Sequence record: OR515477.1
From: Escherichia phage Es2
Strand: one strand, 5' to 3'
Length of the DNA: 64,000 nucleotides
Made by a program: the position numbers and the translations under genes. The notes beneath the pieces are model-generated. The model did no database searches and was not told where the DNA came from. It saw only the letters and a program-made list of their open reading frames with translations. Shown piece by piece: positions 34,135 through 44,132 of this stretch. Each line of letters starts with the position of its first letter. Position 1 is the first letter of the stretch.

Positions 34135-34289
34135 TGTTTACGCTCCTCTAATAAAATTTCAATCCTAGATAATCTGTTACTCAACTGCATTAATTTAGCT
34201 TCTACTTGTGTTATAGAGGTATCTATTACACGTAAGCCTACAAAGAGAAGTATCAGTAAGATGAATATGCCAATAATTACCCATTCCAT
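34122..34289 (-). CDS. membrane micro-protein, paralog a (55 aa)
   Basis: Track ORF 34122..34319 trimmed to MEWVIIGIFILL start that overlaps upstream stop (TAATG). Confidence 0.5.
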   Translation of the reverse strand: MEWVIIGIFILLILLFVGLRVIDTSITQVEAKLMQLSNRLSRIEILLEERKQWNG

Positions 34290-34480
34290 TAAATCCACCC
34301 CGCCATAGCTGCTAACCAAAAACCTACGAAAATAAAGAATAGGATAGTTCCGAACCCAAAACTATTTATCCAGCTATCATATACCTCTCCACGTCTGCTC
34401 TTTCTTTTGTTTGACATATCTTTCATGCTCCTATAAATGTGATTTTTGAAATATTCTATAATTTGTGCACAACCGACCAT
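34289..34480 (-). CDS. hypothetical membrane protein
   Basis: Track ORF 63 aa; C-terminal hydrophobic segment. Confidence 0.5.
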   Translation of the reverse strand: MVGCAQIIEYFKNHIYRSMKDMSNKRKSRRGEVYDSWINSFGFGTILFFIFVGFWLAAMAGWI

Positions 34481-34593
34481 GCCTGTGAACTCATAGAAGG
34501 ACTTCTACTTTTCTTACATAGTGGTTTCTGCCAATATACCATCCAAGAAATAAAAAATTTAGTTTACTTGGATGTCTTTTTGTTTTATACTAA

Positions 34594-34860
34594 TTACAGG
34601 TAATTAGATTGCTCTAGTTTAAATTTACAATCACCGTATTTAAGGTCAAACTGACTGAGATCCCACCACCCAAACTTAGTACGGAGCTGTACTACTGGAA
34701 AGCGATCTCCCTTAATACGAACTTTTTGAACCTTGAGGCCGTAATGTTCCTCTCCAGCACCACCAAAAGATTTTACAAACCCCGTACAAAATGGTTTGGG
34801 GGCAGGTGCACAACCAGATAACATAACTGCGGCAACTAGTGCAATCACAAACTTTTTCAT
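34594..34860 (-). CDS. llp: Llp-like lipoprotein (candidate receptor-blocking lytic-conversion protein)
   Basis: 88 aa; signal peptide with lipobox LSGC; divergent from the receptor-binding protein gene. Confidence 0.65.
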   Translation of the reverse strand: MKKFVIALVAAVMLSGCAPAPKPFCTGFVKSFGGAGEEHYGLKVQKVRIKGDRFPVVQLRTKFGWWDLSQFDLKYGDCKFKLEQSNYL

Positions 34861-34945
34861 ATTTATCTCTCCATTTCTAATTTATGAATCTATTATAGCA
34901 AAATAGAGAGATGAAAGCAAATACATTTTTATAATAGGAGATTAT

Positions 34946-36703
34946 ATGGGTTTTTTCGCTGGAAAATATAGCGATGGTAAGACCGTACTATCTTTAAATA
35001 CTGAATCTGGTGGTGACATTAATCGTCACTATAGCCCAAATGCCAATAGTATTTTTCATAGTGATATGCCATTTGTCCTAGTTGATGGTACTTACGAGGC
35101 TGGGTTAGGTAATGCCGGGAATGGGTTTTTTGTATGTCAAATGCCCTCTGACATAATAAATATTAAATCTAATGACCCGGGTAGAGTTATACTAACTGCT
35201 ATTGAAATTAATGGTACTCACAGAGCTTTTCTTAATGGTACTCAGAGTAAGGTTGGTCAAACTATAGTTGCCACTCAGGCAGACCCCTTTAGGTCTTTTG
35301 CCAGTGTTTCTCAAACCAGTGGATTTGCATTTGGTAATAGTCTAGCATCTGGCACTTATAACTACAACCCCTCTCTAGGGCATGAAGAATCTATCTCTAG
35401 AAGTGGCACAGGGGGTACTACGTTACATAGTACGTATCATGGTATAGTTAGGCCCGGTGGTGGAGCACCTGTAGGAGTTACTGTTGCAGAAGCCTTTGCA
35501 CAATTAGGTTTTCCTACTAATAGTAGCACAGTACCTGTAGATGGTAATAACCCATACTATTGGGATCCTGGATGGATGGCTCCTCTAGGAGCAGCATATA
35601 GGGGGCATGATTGGTTTTATGTTTGCAATTCTAATATACGTGGATATGGTGGGGTTAGGCAAGGGCTCCCTGGTAATGTAAATACTATGTACCATGATGG
35701 TGGTAATAGATTTGTTTGTAGAGGGTCTACTACTAATTTAGCTAACCAGTCGGGTGACTCTACAATACTACAGGACTGGTATAATATAACTCCTACTAAG
35801 GTTATTTGGTATGTTCTTAATTTAAGGTACTCAAATGGTGGAATGAGTATTTCAGGTAACCCTTTCACTGGTTCTGATATTCTTATATCTCCTTCTAATT
35901 TTATAATTAAAGGGGTAAGTCTCCCTAATACCGGGTATAAATTTATTAATCAGAATGCTTTTGGTAACCTAGGTTACCGTCCTGATATGGAGTATATAGG
36001 GAATAACGCTGCGTATACTGGGGTTTTTGGGGATACCACTGCAAGGTGTGAACTTGTAGGATCTAGTAATGGAGGGTTGTGGTCTCCTGTAGATTATGGA
36101 GGTGCCAAATCACAGATTAGCATTTACAAATTTGGAGCAGGTAAACAGTGGTATGTAAACTCTAACGATAATACTATTGGTAATGAGCATGGGGTTGTTT
36201 GGGGACCATCAGCAGTTCCATTACGACTTTTTGGAGGAAATGTAGGTAGCTCTTACATGGGGGATGATATTACTCCTAGCTATCCAGGAACTGGGGATAG
36301 GTACGTTGGTTTATCAACTATTGGGCTAGGTATACCTGGTGGCAATGCTACAGTAATTCTTACTACTGAAGTTATATCAGGTAATCTTAACTGTGCAGGT
36401 GTCCCAGCTAACACATGGAATAATGGTGTGTTTCAAGTACAAGGAAGAAAAGCGCATAGTTATAGTAATGGAGATGCAATATTCCACCAGATTCTAACGC
36501 TACCTGTGGGCTATCTAGTACCTTTTCATACTACAGCAGCTTTTAGATACACCCCTAATAATGCTTTAAGCAGGAATAGTTTTATATATACCGCTAAAAA
36601 CCTAGGAAATGGAAATGTAGAGTTAGGGGTAGTTATGCATGTCAGTTTAGGTAGTGCAGTTTTCTTACCTAGACTAAGAGTAACAGTTCAACGCCTTACC
36701 TAA
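34946..36703 (+). CDS. oad: receptor-binding tail protein (pb5-like)
   Basis: 585 aa, Gly/Asn-rich; position next to llp and before terminase; receptor identity not determinable here. Confidence 0.65.
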   Translation: MGFFAGKYSDGKTVLSLNTESGGDINRHYSPNANSIFHSDMPFVLVDGTYEAGLGNAGNGFFVCQMPSDIINIKSNDPGRVILTAIEINGTHRAFLNGTQSKVGQTIVATQADPFRSFASVSQTSGFAFGNSLASGTYNYNPSLGHEESISRSGTGGTTLHSTYHGIVRPGGGAPVGVTVAEAFAQLGFPTNSSTVPVDGNNPYYWDPGWMAPLGAAYRGHDWFYVCNSNIRGYGGVRQGLPGNVNTMYHDGGNRFVCRGSTTNLANQSGDSTILQDWYNITPTKVIWYVLNLRYSNGGMSISGNPFTGSDILISPSNFIIKGVSLPNTGYKFINQNAFGNLGYRPDMEYIGNNAAYTGVFGDTTARCELVGSSNGGLWSPVDYGGAKSQISIYKFGAGKQWYVNSNDNTIGNEHGVVWGPSAVPLRLFGGNVGSSYMGDDITPSYPGTGDRYVGLSTIGLGIPGGNATVILTTEVISGNLNCAGVPANTWNNGVFQVQGRKAHSYSNGDAIFHQILTLPVGYLVPFHTTAAFRYTPNNALSRNSFIYTAKNLGNGNVELGVVMHVSLGSAVFLPRLRVTVQRLT

Positions 36704-36713
36704 AGGAGGAAAT

Positions 36714-37196
36714 ATGGCAAATGATGTACTAGTACCAGATCTTATGTCCCCTGAAGGGATGGATGTGATTGAAGCTTATTTACAGTGCGGCAGCGATGTG
36801 CCTTCTGCCGCACGTAGTCTTGGAATGTCCGAAATTGCTTTCCGAGATATTATGAATCGTAGTGAAGTTAAGAACTACTTAAATGATATTTTTATGGAGA
36901 GTGGTTTCCGTAATAGGGATCGTTTATTTGGTGTTCTAGATGAAGTTATTAAACGTAAGCTAGAGGAGCTAGAAGAAACTGGCATGGGTTCTGACCAAGA
37001 TATTATGGATATTCTCTGGAAAGCACATAAAATGAAAATGGAAGAAATGAAGATGATGGTAGAGTTGGAAAAAGCTAAAGCTGCTGTCCGTGCTCCTGCT
37101 AATCAGACCAATATTCAGAATAACATTATTGCTGGAGCTGGGGATCAAAACTACATGGATTTAATTACTTCCCTAGCTACTGGAGGTAAAAAGTAA
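36714..37196 (+). CDS. terminase small subunit
   Basis: 160 aa, directly upstream of and overlapping the large terminase gene. Confidence 0.7.
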   Translation: MANDVLVPDLMSPEGMDVIEAYLQCGSDVPSAARSLGMSEIAFRDIMNRSEVKNYLNDIFMESGFRNRDRLFGVLDEVIKRKLEELEETGMGSDQDIMDILWKAHKMKMEEMKMMVELEKAKAAVRAPANQTNIQNNIIAGAGDQNYMDLITSLATGGKK

Positions 37197-38512
37197 TGGA
37201 AGTATCAAGACCCTATGTTAATACAGTAGACGTTATTGACTTCGGAATAGATAAACGTTTCTTCCGTCTACCTGTTTCAGGAATACTAGCACAAGAGGGT
37301 ATTACACCTAATGGTCCTCAAATAGCAATTATTAATGCACTAGAAGACCCTAGACATCGTTTTGTAACAGCGTGTGTGTCACGTCGTGTAGGCAAATCCT
37401 TCATCGCATACACACTTGGGTTTCTAAAATTGCTGGAACCCAATGTGAAGGTGTTAGTAGTTGCCCCTAACTATTCACTGGCTAATATTGGTTGGTCACA
37501 GATTCGTGGTCTTATCAAGAAATATGGGCTACAAACAGAACGTGAGAACGCTAAGGATAAAGAGATTGAGTTAGCTAATGGTTCTCTATTTAAACTAGCT
37601 TCTGCAGCGCAGGCTGACTCCGCAGTTGGACGTTCATATGACTTTATCATTTTTGACGAAGCTGCAATTTCTGATGTAGGTGGTGATGCTTTTAGAGTTC
37701 AGTTGCGACCTACTCTGGATAAGCCTAATTCTAAGGCTCTGTTTATCTCTACTCCTCGTGGTGGTAACTGGTTTAAAGAGTTTTATGCCTACGGATTTGA
37801 TGATACGCTACCTAACTGGGTATCTATTCATGGTACATATCGTGATAACCCTCGTGCCGACCTGAATGACATTGAGGAAGCACGTCGTACTGTTAGTAAA
37901 AACTACTTCCGCCAGGAATATGAGGCTGATTTCTCTGTATTCGAAGGACAGATCTTTGATACCTTTAACGCTATCGATCATGTTAAAGACCTCAAAGGTA
38001 TGCGTCACTTCTTTAAAGATGATGAAGCATTCGAAACATTACTTGGTATTGACGTTGGTTATCGTGATCCTACGGCAGTTCTTACTATTAAATATCATTA
38101 CGATACAGATACTTACTATGTATTAGAAGAGTACCAGCAGGCGGAGAAAACTACAGCTCAACATGCCGCTTATATTCAGCACTGTATAGATCGTTATAAT
38201 GTAGATCGTATCTTTGTTGACTCTGCAGCAGCTCAGTTCCGTCAGGACTTAGCTTATGAACATGAAATTGCATCAGCTCCAGCTAAAAAGTCTGTCCTAG
38301 ATGGCCTAGCATGTTTGCAAGCGCTATTCCAACAGGGTAAGATTATTGTAGATGCTTCATGTTCCTCCCTAATTCATGCATTGCAGAATTATAAGTGGGA
38401 CTTCCAAGAAGGCGAAGAGAAATTATCACGTGAAAAACCACGTCATGATGCTAACTCTCACCTTTGTGATGCACTGCGCTATGGAATTTACTCTATTTCC
38501 CGTGGTAAATAA
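37196..38512 (+). CDS. terminase large subunit
   Basis: 438 aa; Walker A-like RRVGKS and Walker B DFIIFDEA. Confidence 0.85.
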   Translation: MEVSRPYVNTVDVIDFGIDKRFFRLPVSGILAQEGITPNGPQIAIINALEDPRHRFVTACVSRRVGKSFIAYTLGFLKLLEPNVKVLVVAPNYSLANIGWSQIRGLIKKYGLQTERENAKDKEIELANGSLFKLASAAQADSAVGRSYDFIIFDEAAISDVGGDAFRVQLRPTLDKPNSKALFISTPRGGNWFKEFYAYGFDDTLPNWVSIHGTYRDNPRADLNDIEEARRTVSKNYFRQEYEADFSVFEGQIFDTFNAIDHVKDLKGMRHFFKDDEAFETLLGIDVGYRDPTAVLTIKYHYDTDTYYVLEEYQQAEKTTAQHAAYIQHCIDRYNVDRIFVDSAAAQFRQDLAYEHEIASAPAKKSVLDGLACLQALFQQGKIIVDASCSSLIHALQNYKWDFQEGEEKLSREKPRHDANSHLCDALRYGIYSISRGK

Positions 38513-38626
38513 ATAAGTATAGGATGGGATACTACTCAGTTGGTATCCCATTCCTGCATTTTAAAATCCCCTTTACAAATTCGATACGATTATGTATACT
38601 ATATTCATACAGTTGAGGAGAACACT

Positions 38627-39064
38627 ATGGCAAGCAATATAAAATATAAACGCGATGCTATATCCCTTATGAGAGACGGAATAAAAAGTCAATATAAAAA
38701 AGACTCTCAATGTGCTATCTGCGGTTGTGCTGAAGAATTAGAGCTTCATCATTACCATACGGTGTCTCTACTAGTTAAAAAATTTGCTAAAGAACTCCAA
38801 TTGGATTTCACTGACGAAGAAACAGTCCTCTCAAATAGGACGGCATTCTATGATCGATATAGGCATGAGCTAGTAGAAGACACTGTTACCCTTTGTGTAC
38901 ACCATCACCAATTATTACATAAGGTTTACACAAAAGAACCTCCTTTATTTTCTGCTAATAAGCAAAAAGTGTGGGTTCAAAAGCAGAAAGACAAATTACA
39001 GAATCCTCAAGAAAAGACACAAGTCAAGACTGAAACAAAATCAGGATTCGCAAGGTTCTTATAA
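38627..39064 (+). CDS. HNH endonuclease
   Basis: Track ORF 38540..39064 trimmed to ATG at 38627 with GAGGAG RBS; CAICGC...HHYH...CVHHHQLLH. Confidence 0.65.
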   Translation: MASNIKYKRDAISLMRDGIKSQYKKDSQCAICGCAEELELHHYHTVSLLVKKFAKELQLDFTDEETVLSNRTAFYDRYRHELVEDTVTLCVHHHQLLHKVYTKEPPLFSANKQKVWVQKQKDKLQNPQEKTQVKTETKSGFARFL

Positions 39065-40275
39065 TGGGTTTTAAAAGCTGGATTACTGAAAAGCTAAATC
39101 CGGGTCAACGTATTATAAGAGACATGGAACCAGTTAGTCACCGCACTAACCGTAAGCCTTTTACCACTGGACAAGCCTATAGCAAGATTGAGATTCTCAA
39201 TCGAACTGCCAATATGGTTATAGATAGTGCGGCGGAGTGTTCTTATACTGTCGGAGATAAATATAATATTGTCACGTATGCCAATGGCATCAAGGCAAAG
39301 ACTCTAGACACTCTCTTAAATGTACGACCTAATCCATTCATGGATATAAGCACATTCCGTAGACTTGTAGTCACTGACCTACTTTTTGAAGGTTGTGCGT
39401 ACATCTATTGGGATGGCACAGCACTTTATCATGTCCCTGCTGCACTAATGCAAGTAGAGGCAGATGCCAATAAGTTTATCAAAAAATTTATATTTAATAA
39501 CCAGATAGACTATCGCGTAGATGAGATTATCTTTATAAAGGATAACAGTTACGTGTGTGGCACAAATTCTCAAATTTCTGGACAATCTCGTGTTGCCACT
39601 GTTATTGATTCTCTTGAGAAGCGTTCTAAGATGCTTAACTTTAAAGAGAAGTTCCTCGATAACGGAACCGTGATTGGTCTTATTCTTGAGACGGATGAAA
39701 TCCTGAACAAGAAATTGCGTGAGCGTAAACAAGAAGAATTACAACTAGATTATAATCCTAGTACTGGTCAGTCCTCTGTCCTGATTCTAGATGGTGGTAT
39801 GAAAGCTAAACCGTACTCCCAAATATCCTCTTTTAAAGATCTAGACTTTAAGGAAGACATTGAAGGATTTAATAAATCTATCTGTCTAGCCTTTGGTGTT
39901 CCGCAAGTGCTACTTGATGGTGGTAATAACGCGAACATTCGACCAAACATCGAACTGTTCTATTACATGACTATCATTCCTATGCTGAACAAACTGACTA
40001 GTTCTCTAACTTTCTTTTTTGGTTATAAGATCACTCCTAATACAAAGGAAGTCGCAGCATTAACACCAGATAAAGAAGCAGAGGCTAAACATTTAACCTC
40101 ATTGGTTAATAATGGTATTATAACCGGTAACGAAGCTCGTTCAGAGCTGAACCTGGACCCTTTAGATGATGAGCAGATGAATAAGATTCGTATTCCTGCT
40201 AACGTCGCTGGTTCCGCAACAGGTGTATCTGGTCAAGAAGGTGGCAGACCCAAAGGTTCCACCGAGGGAGATTAA
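39064..40275 (+). CDS. portal protein
   Basis: 403 aa; position between terminase and protease. Confidence 0.8.
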   Translation: MGFKSWITEKLNPGQRIIRDMEPVSHRTNRKPFTTGQAYSKIEILNRTANMVIDSAAECSYTVGDKYNIVTYANGIKAKTLDTLLNVRPNPFMDISTFRRLVVTDLLFEGCAYIYWDGTALYHVPAALMQVEADANKFIKKFIFNNQIDYRVDEIIFIKDNSYVCGTNSQISGQSRVATVIDSLEKRSKMLNFKEKFLDNGTVIGLILETDEILNKKLRERKQEELQLDYNPSTGQSSVLILDGGMKAKPYSQISSFKDLDFKEDIEGFNKSICLAFGVPQVLLDGGNNANIRPNIELFYYMTIIPMLNKLTSSLTFFFGYKITPNTKEVAALTPDKEAEAKHLTSLVNNGIITGNEARSELNLDPLDDEQMNKIRIPANVAGSATGVSGQEGGRPKGSTEGD

Positions 40276-40277
40276 GA

Positions 40278-40760
40278 ATGATTGATTATAGTGGTCTAAA
40301 GACCATTTTTGGTGAAAAACTGCCAGAATCTCATATCTTCTTTGCTACGGTTGCTGCACATAAATATGTTCCTAGCTATGCTTTTCTTCGAAGAGAACTA
40401 GGGCTTTCATCTGCGCATACTAACCGTAAAGTATGGAAGAAATTTGTAGAGGCTTATGGTAAAGCAGTTCCTCCGGCCCCACCATTAACTCTTTCTAAAG
40501 ATTTAACTGCTAGCATGTCAGTTGAAGAAGGAGCAGCATTAACACTTTCTGTTACTGCAACTGGTGGTACTGGTCCATATACTTATGCATGGACTAAAGA
40601 TGGTTCTCCTATTCCTGGTGCTTCAGGGGCTACCTATACTAAGCCTACAGCAGCAGCTGAGGATGCTGGCTCTTATAAAGTAACTGTAACAGATAGTAAG
40701 CGAGTAAGTAAGGATTCTACTGCGTGCACTGTGACAGTTAACCCTGGGGTTGGAGGCTAA
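40278..40760 (+). CDS. capsid decoration protein with Ig-like domain (pb10-like)
   Basis: 160 aa; C-terminal Ig-like segment ATGGTGPYTYAWTKDGSPIPGA. Confidence 0.65.
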   Translation: MIDYSGLKTIFGEKLPESHIFFATVAAHKYVPSYAFLRRELGLSSAHTNRKVWKKFVEAYGKAVPPAPPLTLSKDLTASMSVEEGAALTLSVTATGGTGPYTYAWTKDGSPIPGASGATYTKPTAAAEDAGSYKVTVTDSKRVSKDSTACTVTVNPGVGG

Positions 40761-40763
40761 TAA

Positions 40764-41396
40764 ATGACACAAGCTGCGATTGACTATAATAAGTTAAAAT
40801 CAGCACCGGTTCATTTAGATGCTTATATTAAATCTATTGATAGCGAATCCAAAGAGGGTGTTGTAAAAATCCGTGGATTCGCTAATACAATTAGTAAAGA
40901 TCGCGCTGGTGATGTAATTCCTGCTTCTGCATGGAAAACGTCTAATGCACTTACTAACTACATGAAAAACCCGATTATTCTTTTCGGACACGATCATCGT
41001 CGTCCAATCGGTAAGTGTATTGATCTTAACCCTACTGAAATGGGCCTCGAAATCGAATGCGAGATCTATGAAAGTTCTGACCCGGCTATCTTTTCACTAA
41101 TTAAAAACGGTGTACTGAAAACTTTTAGTATCGGATTCCGCTGCCTAGATGCAGAGTGGGATGAAGCTACTGATATATTTATTATTAAAGATTTAGAACT
41201 ATACGAAGTTTCGGTAGTTTCTGTACCTTGTAATCAGGACTCAACATTCAATCTCGCTAAGAGTATGAATGGTCATGATTATACTGAATGGCGTAAATCT
41301 TTTACTGCAATAAGTTCTAAAGCTGCCCCAGCTCAAGAACGTAATCTTTCTGAACTAGAAAAACTTGCGATAGCTTTAGGCTACGTTAAAGAATAA
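40764..41396 (+). CDS. prohead protease
   Basis: 210 aa; position immediately upstream of the major capsid gene. Confidence 0.75.
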   Translation: MTQAAIDYNKLKSAPVHLDAYIKSIDSESKEGVVKIRGFANTISKDRAGDVIPASAWKTSNALTNYMKNPIILFGHDHRRPIGKCIDLNPTEMGLEIECEIYESSDPAIFSLIKNGVLKTFSIGFRCLDAEWDEATDIFIIKDLELYEVSVVSVPCNQDSTFNLAKSMNGHDYTEWRKSFTAISSKAAPAQERNLSELEKLAIALGYVKE

Positions 41397-41413
41397 CGGA
41401 GAATTATTTAAAA

Positions 41414-42790
41414 ATGACTATTGATATTAATAAGCTGAAAGAAGAACTTGGTCTGGGTGATCTGGCTAAATCTCTGGAAGGTCTGACCGCTGCTCAGAAA
41501 GCTGCTGAAGCTGAACGTATGCGTAAAGAGCAGGAAGAAAAAGAACTGGCTCGTATGAATGACCTGGTTTCTAAAGCAGTTGGCGAAGATCGTCAGAAAC
41601 TGGAACAAGCTCTGGAACTGGTTAAGTCTCTGGATGAGAAATCTAAGAAGAGCGCAGAACTGTTCGCACAGACCGTAGAAAAACAACAGGAAACTATTGT
41701 TGGTCTTCAGGATGAAATTAAATCTCTGCTGACAGCTCGTGAAGGTCGTTCCTTCGTCGGTGATAGCGTAGCTAAAGCACTGTATGGTACTCAGGAAAAC
41801 TTTGAAGACGAAGTAGAAAAACTGGTTCTGTTATCTTATGTAATGGAAAAAGGCGTATTCGAGACCGAGCATGGTCAGAGACACCTGAAAGCAGTGAATC
41901 AGTCTTCTTCCGTAGAAGTTTCTAGTGAAAGCTATGAAACTATTTTCTCTCAGCGTATTATCCGCGACCTGCAGAAAGAGCTGGTAGTTGGTGCACTGTT
42001 CGAAGAACTGCCGATGTCTAGTAAGATTCTTACTATGCTGGTTGAACCGGATGCTGGTAAAGCTACTTGGGTTGCTGCTTCTACCTATGGTACTGATGCA
42101 ACTACTGGTGATGAAGTTAAAGGCGCTCTTAAAGAAATTCACTTCAGTACTTACAAACTGGCTGCTAAGTCCTTCATTACTGATGAAACTGAAGAAGATG
42201 CAATCTTCTCCCTGCTGCCACTGCTACGTAAGCGTCTGATTGAAGCACACGCTGTTTCTATCGAGGAAGCGTTTATGACCGGTGATGGTACTGGTAAGCC
42301 TAAAGGTCTGTTGACTCTTGCTAGCGAAGATGGTGCTAAAGTTACTACTGAAGCTAAAGCTGATGGTACTGTTCTGGTAACTGCTAAAACCATTTCTAAA
42401 CTACGTCGTAAACTGGGCCGTCATGGTCTGAAACTGAGCAAACTGGTACTTATCGTATCTATGGATGCTTACTATGATCTTCTGGAAGATGAAGAATGGC
42501 AGGATGTTGCACAGGTTGGTAACGATGCTGTTAAACTGCAAGGTCAGGTTGGTCGTATCTATGGTCTGCCGGTTGTAGTTTCTGAGTACTTCCCAGCTAA
42601 AGCAGCTGAGAAAGAGTTCGCAGTTATTGTTTATAAAGATAACTTCGTAATGCCACGCCAGCGTGCTGTTACTGTTGAACGTGAGCGTCAAGCTGGTAAA
42701 CAGCGTGATGCATACTACGTTACTCAGCGTGTTAACCTGCAACGTTACTTTAGTAATGGTGTTGTATCCGGTGCTTACGCTACCGCTTAA
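41414..42790 (+). CDS. major capsid protein precursor with N-terminal scaffolding-like domain
   Basis: 458 aa; coiled-coil-rich N-terminal third. Confidence 0.85.
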   Translation: MTIDINKLKEELGLGDLAKSLEGLTAAQKAAEAERMRKEQEEKELARMNDLVSKAVGEDRQKLEQALELVKSLDEKSKKSAELFAQTVEKQQETIVGLQDEIKSLLTAREGRSFVGDSVAKALYGTQENFEDEVEKLVLLSYVMEKGVFETEHGQRHLKAVNQSSSVEVSSESYETIFSQRIIRDLQKELVVGALFEELPMSSKILTMLVEPDAGKATWVAASTYGTDATTGDEVKGALKEIHFSTYKLAAKSFITDETEEDAIFSLLPLLRKRLIEAHAVSIEEAFMTGDGTGKPKGLLTLASEDGAKVTTEAKADGTVLVTAKTISKLRRKLGRHGLKLSKLVLIVSMDAYYDLLEDEEWQDVAQVGNDAVKLQGQVGRIYGLPVVVSEYFPAKAAEKEFAVIVYKDNFVMPRQRAVTVERERQAGKQRDAYYVTQRVNLQRYFSNGVVSGAYATA

Positions 42791-42810
42791 TACAGGCTTT
42801 TCAGCCGATA

Positions 42811-42836
42811 AGGAGAGCTTCGGCTCTCCTTTTTTA
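42811..42836 (+). terminator. intrinsic terminator
   Basis: Hairpin AGGAGAGC-TTCG-GCTCTCCT followed by TTTTTT. Confidence 0.8.
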
Positions 42837-42849
42837 TTGGGAAAAATAA

Positions 42850-43362
42850 ATGCAAATAATCACAGCTGAAGACTATAGATTATACGGTGGGTTAAAACGA
42901 CCGGAACTAGAATCTGGTGTAGAAATGATGATTACTGCTGCCAATGCGCTGATTACTAGCCTTCTAGGCATGGATGATGCTGATGCGGTAGACCAGTTAA
43001 TCAATACAAAACCTACTCGTAAAAAATACTTTTTAAGTTCTCCCTCAGCTACTTCAGTAACCAAAATGACTATTAATGATAAGGAGATAGATCCCGAGCA
43101 ATACAAGTTATACTCAGATGGGGTTATACTTCTTAAATTTAATCCTCCAGAAGGTTATATGGATGTAGAATACACACAAGGTGGATTTAATCCAATACCT
43201 GAGGATCTCAAACTTGCAGCATGCATGCTAGTAGATCATTGGCACAAACAGGATTATCGCCAAGCTAAAACAATTGGTGGAGAAACAGTTACTTTTAATA
43301 ATACTAAGTCTGGTATACCAGAGCATATTCGTACTATTATTGAAGTCTACAGGAGAGTATAA
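42850..43362 (+). CDS. head-tail connector / head completion protein (putative)
   Basis: 170 aa; position after capsid gene. Confidence 0.55.
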   Translation: MQIITAEDYRLYGGLKRPELESGVEMMITAANALITSLLGMDDADAVDQLINTKPTRKKYFLSSPSATSVTKMTINDKEIDPEQYKLYSDGVILLKFNPPEGYMDVEYTQGGFNPIPEDLKLAACMLVDHWHKQDYRQAKTIGGETVTFNNTKSGIPEHIRTIIEVYRRV

Positions 43363-44129
43363 TGTCTCTTTCTGATTTAGCTACACAAATTATTAAGGAG
43401 CAACTAGATACTGCGGGACGTTCCGAGAATAATAAGAATACCGTTGTATATTCTGTTGAAACAGGACTGAAAGATCCTACTAGAGATGGTACTGTTGCTC
43501 AGGTATCTTTTAAATTCTCAAAACCTGTATCCCAAGACCTCCTTAATGTTAGGACCGCTTCTATTCTAAAAGCAGTTTCTTCTAGCTTAGATCTAACAGG
43601 AGACTTAGGTGCTTTAGAAAGTCTTATTCAAGCAACCGCTGGTAAAAAATCCTCTGTAGGTAAAAAACGTTCTACTGGTAGAGTTCAAGTAAACTTTGGG
43701 GATCCTAGAGACGTAGAAGATGGATATTCTGGTGCAGTAACAGGTGCTTCAGGACGTTTTGTATCTAATAGCAATATGAAGGTTATTCTGGAGTTGGTTG
43801 CTAAAGAATACCTTATAAAGGATATGAAAAAAGCAGGAGCTCCACTTAAATTTAGAACAGGTCGTTTTGCAAATTCTCTAAAAGTTAAAGATGTTATGCT
43901 TAGAGATGCTGGAACTAGCAAAGGTGCTCCTGAATTAAATGTTACATATAATTATATGGTACGTCCATATTCAGTATTTAATCCTGCAGTATCTACATAT
44001 CGAAGGTTGTCATTACGACCCTACCCAGGTGCTAGAAACCCTCAAAGACTAATTGGAGAGGCGATAGCTAAAGCTGCAAGAGACTTAATTCACTCCAGAT
44101 ACAAAATTAAGGTTAATCAAGGAACCTAA
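43362..44129 (+). CDS. head-tail joining / tail completion protein (putative)
   Basis: 255 aa; position. Confidence 0.5.
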   Translation: MSLSDLATQIIKEQLDTAGRSENNKNTVVYSVETGLKDPTRDGTVAQVSFKFSKPVSQDLLNVRTASILKAVSSSLDLTGDLGALESLIQATAGKKSSVGKKRSTGRVQVNFGDPRDVEDGYSGAVTGASGRFVSNSNMKVILELVAKEYLIKDMKKAGAPLKFRTGRFANSLKVKDVMLRDAGTSKGAPELNVTYNYMVRPYSVFNPAVSTYRRLSLRPYPGARNPQRLIGEAIAKAARDLIHSRYKIKVNQGT

Positions 44130-44132
44130 TAA

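Noticed and set aside
37680-38126. ORFs 37680..37865 +, 37808..38008 - and 37866..38126 + inside the large terminase gene
   Set aside because: Alternative-frame or antisense ORFs within a gene with Walker A and B motifs.
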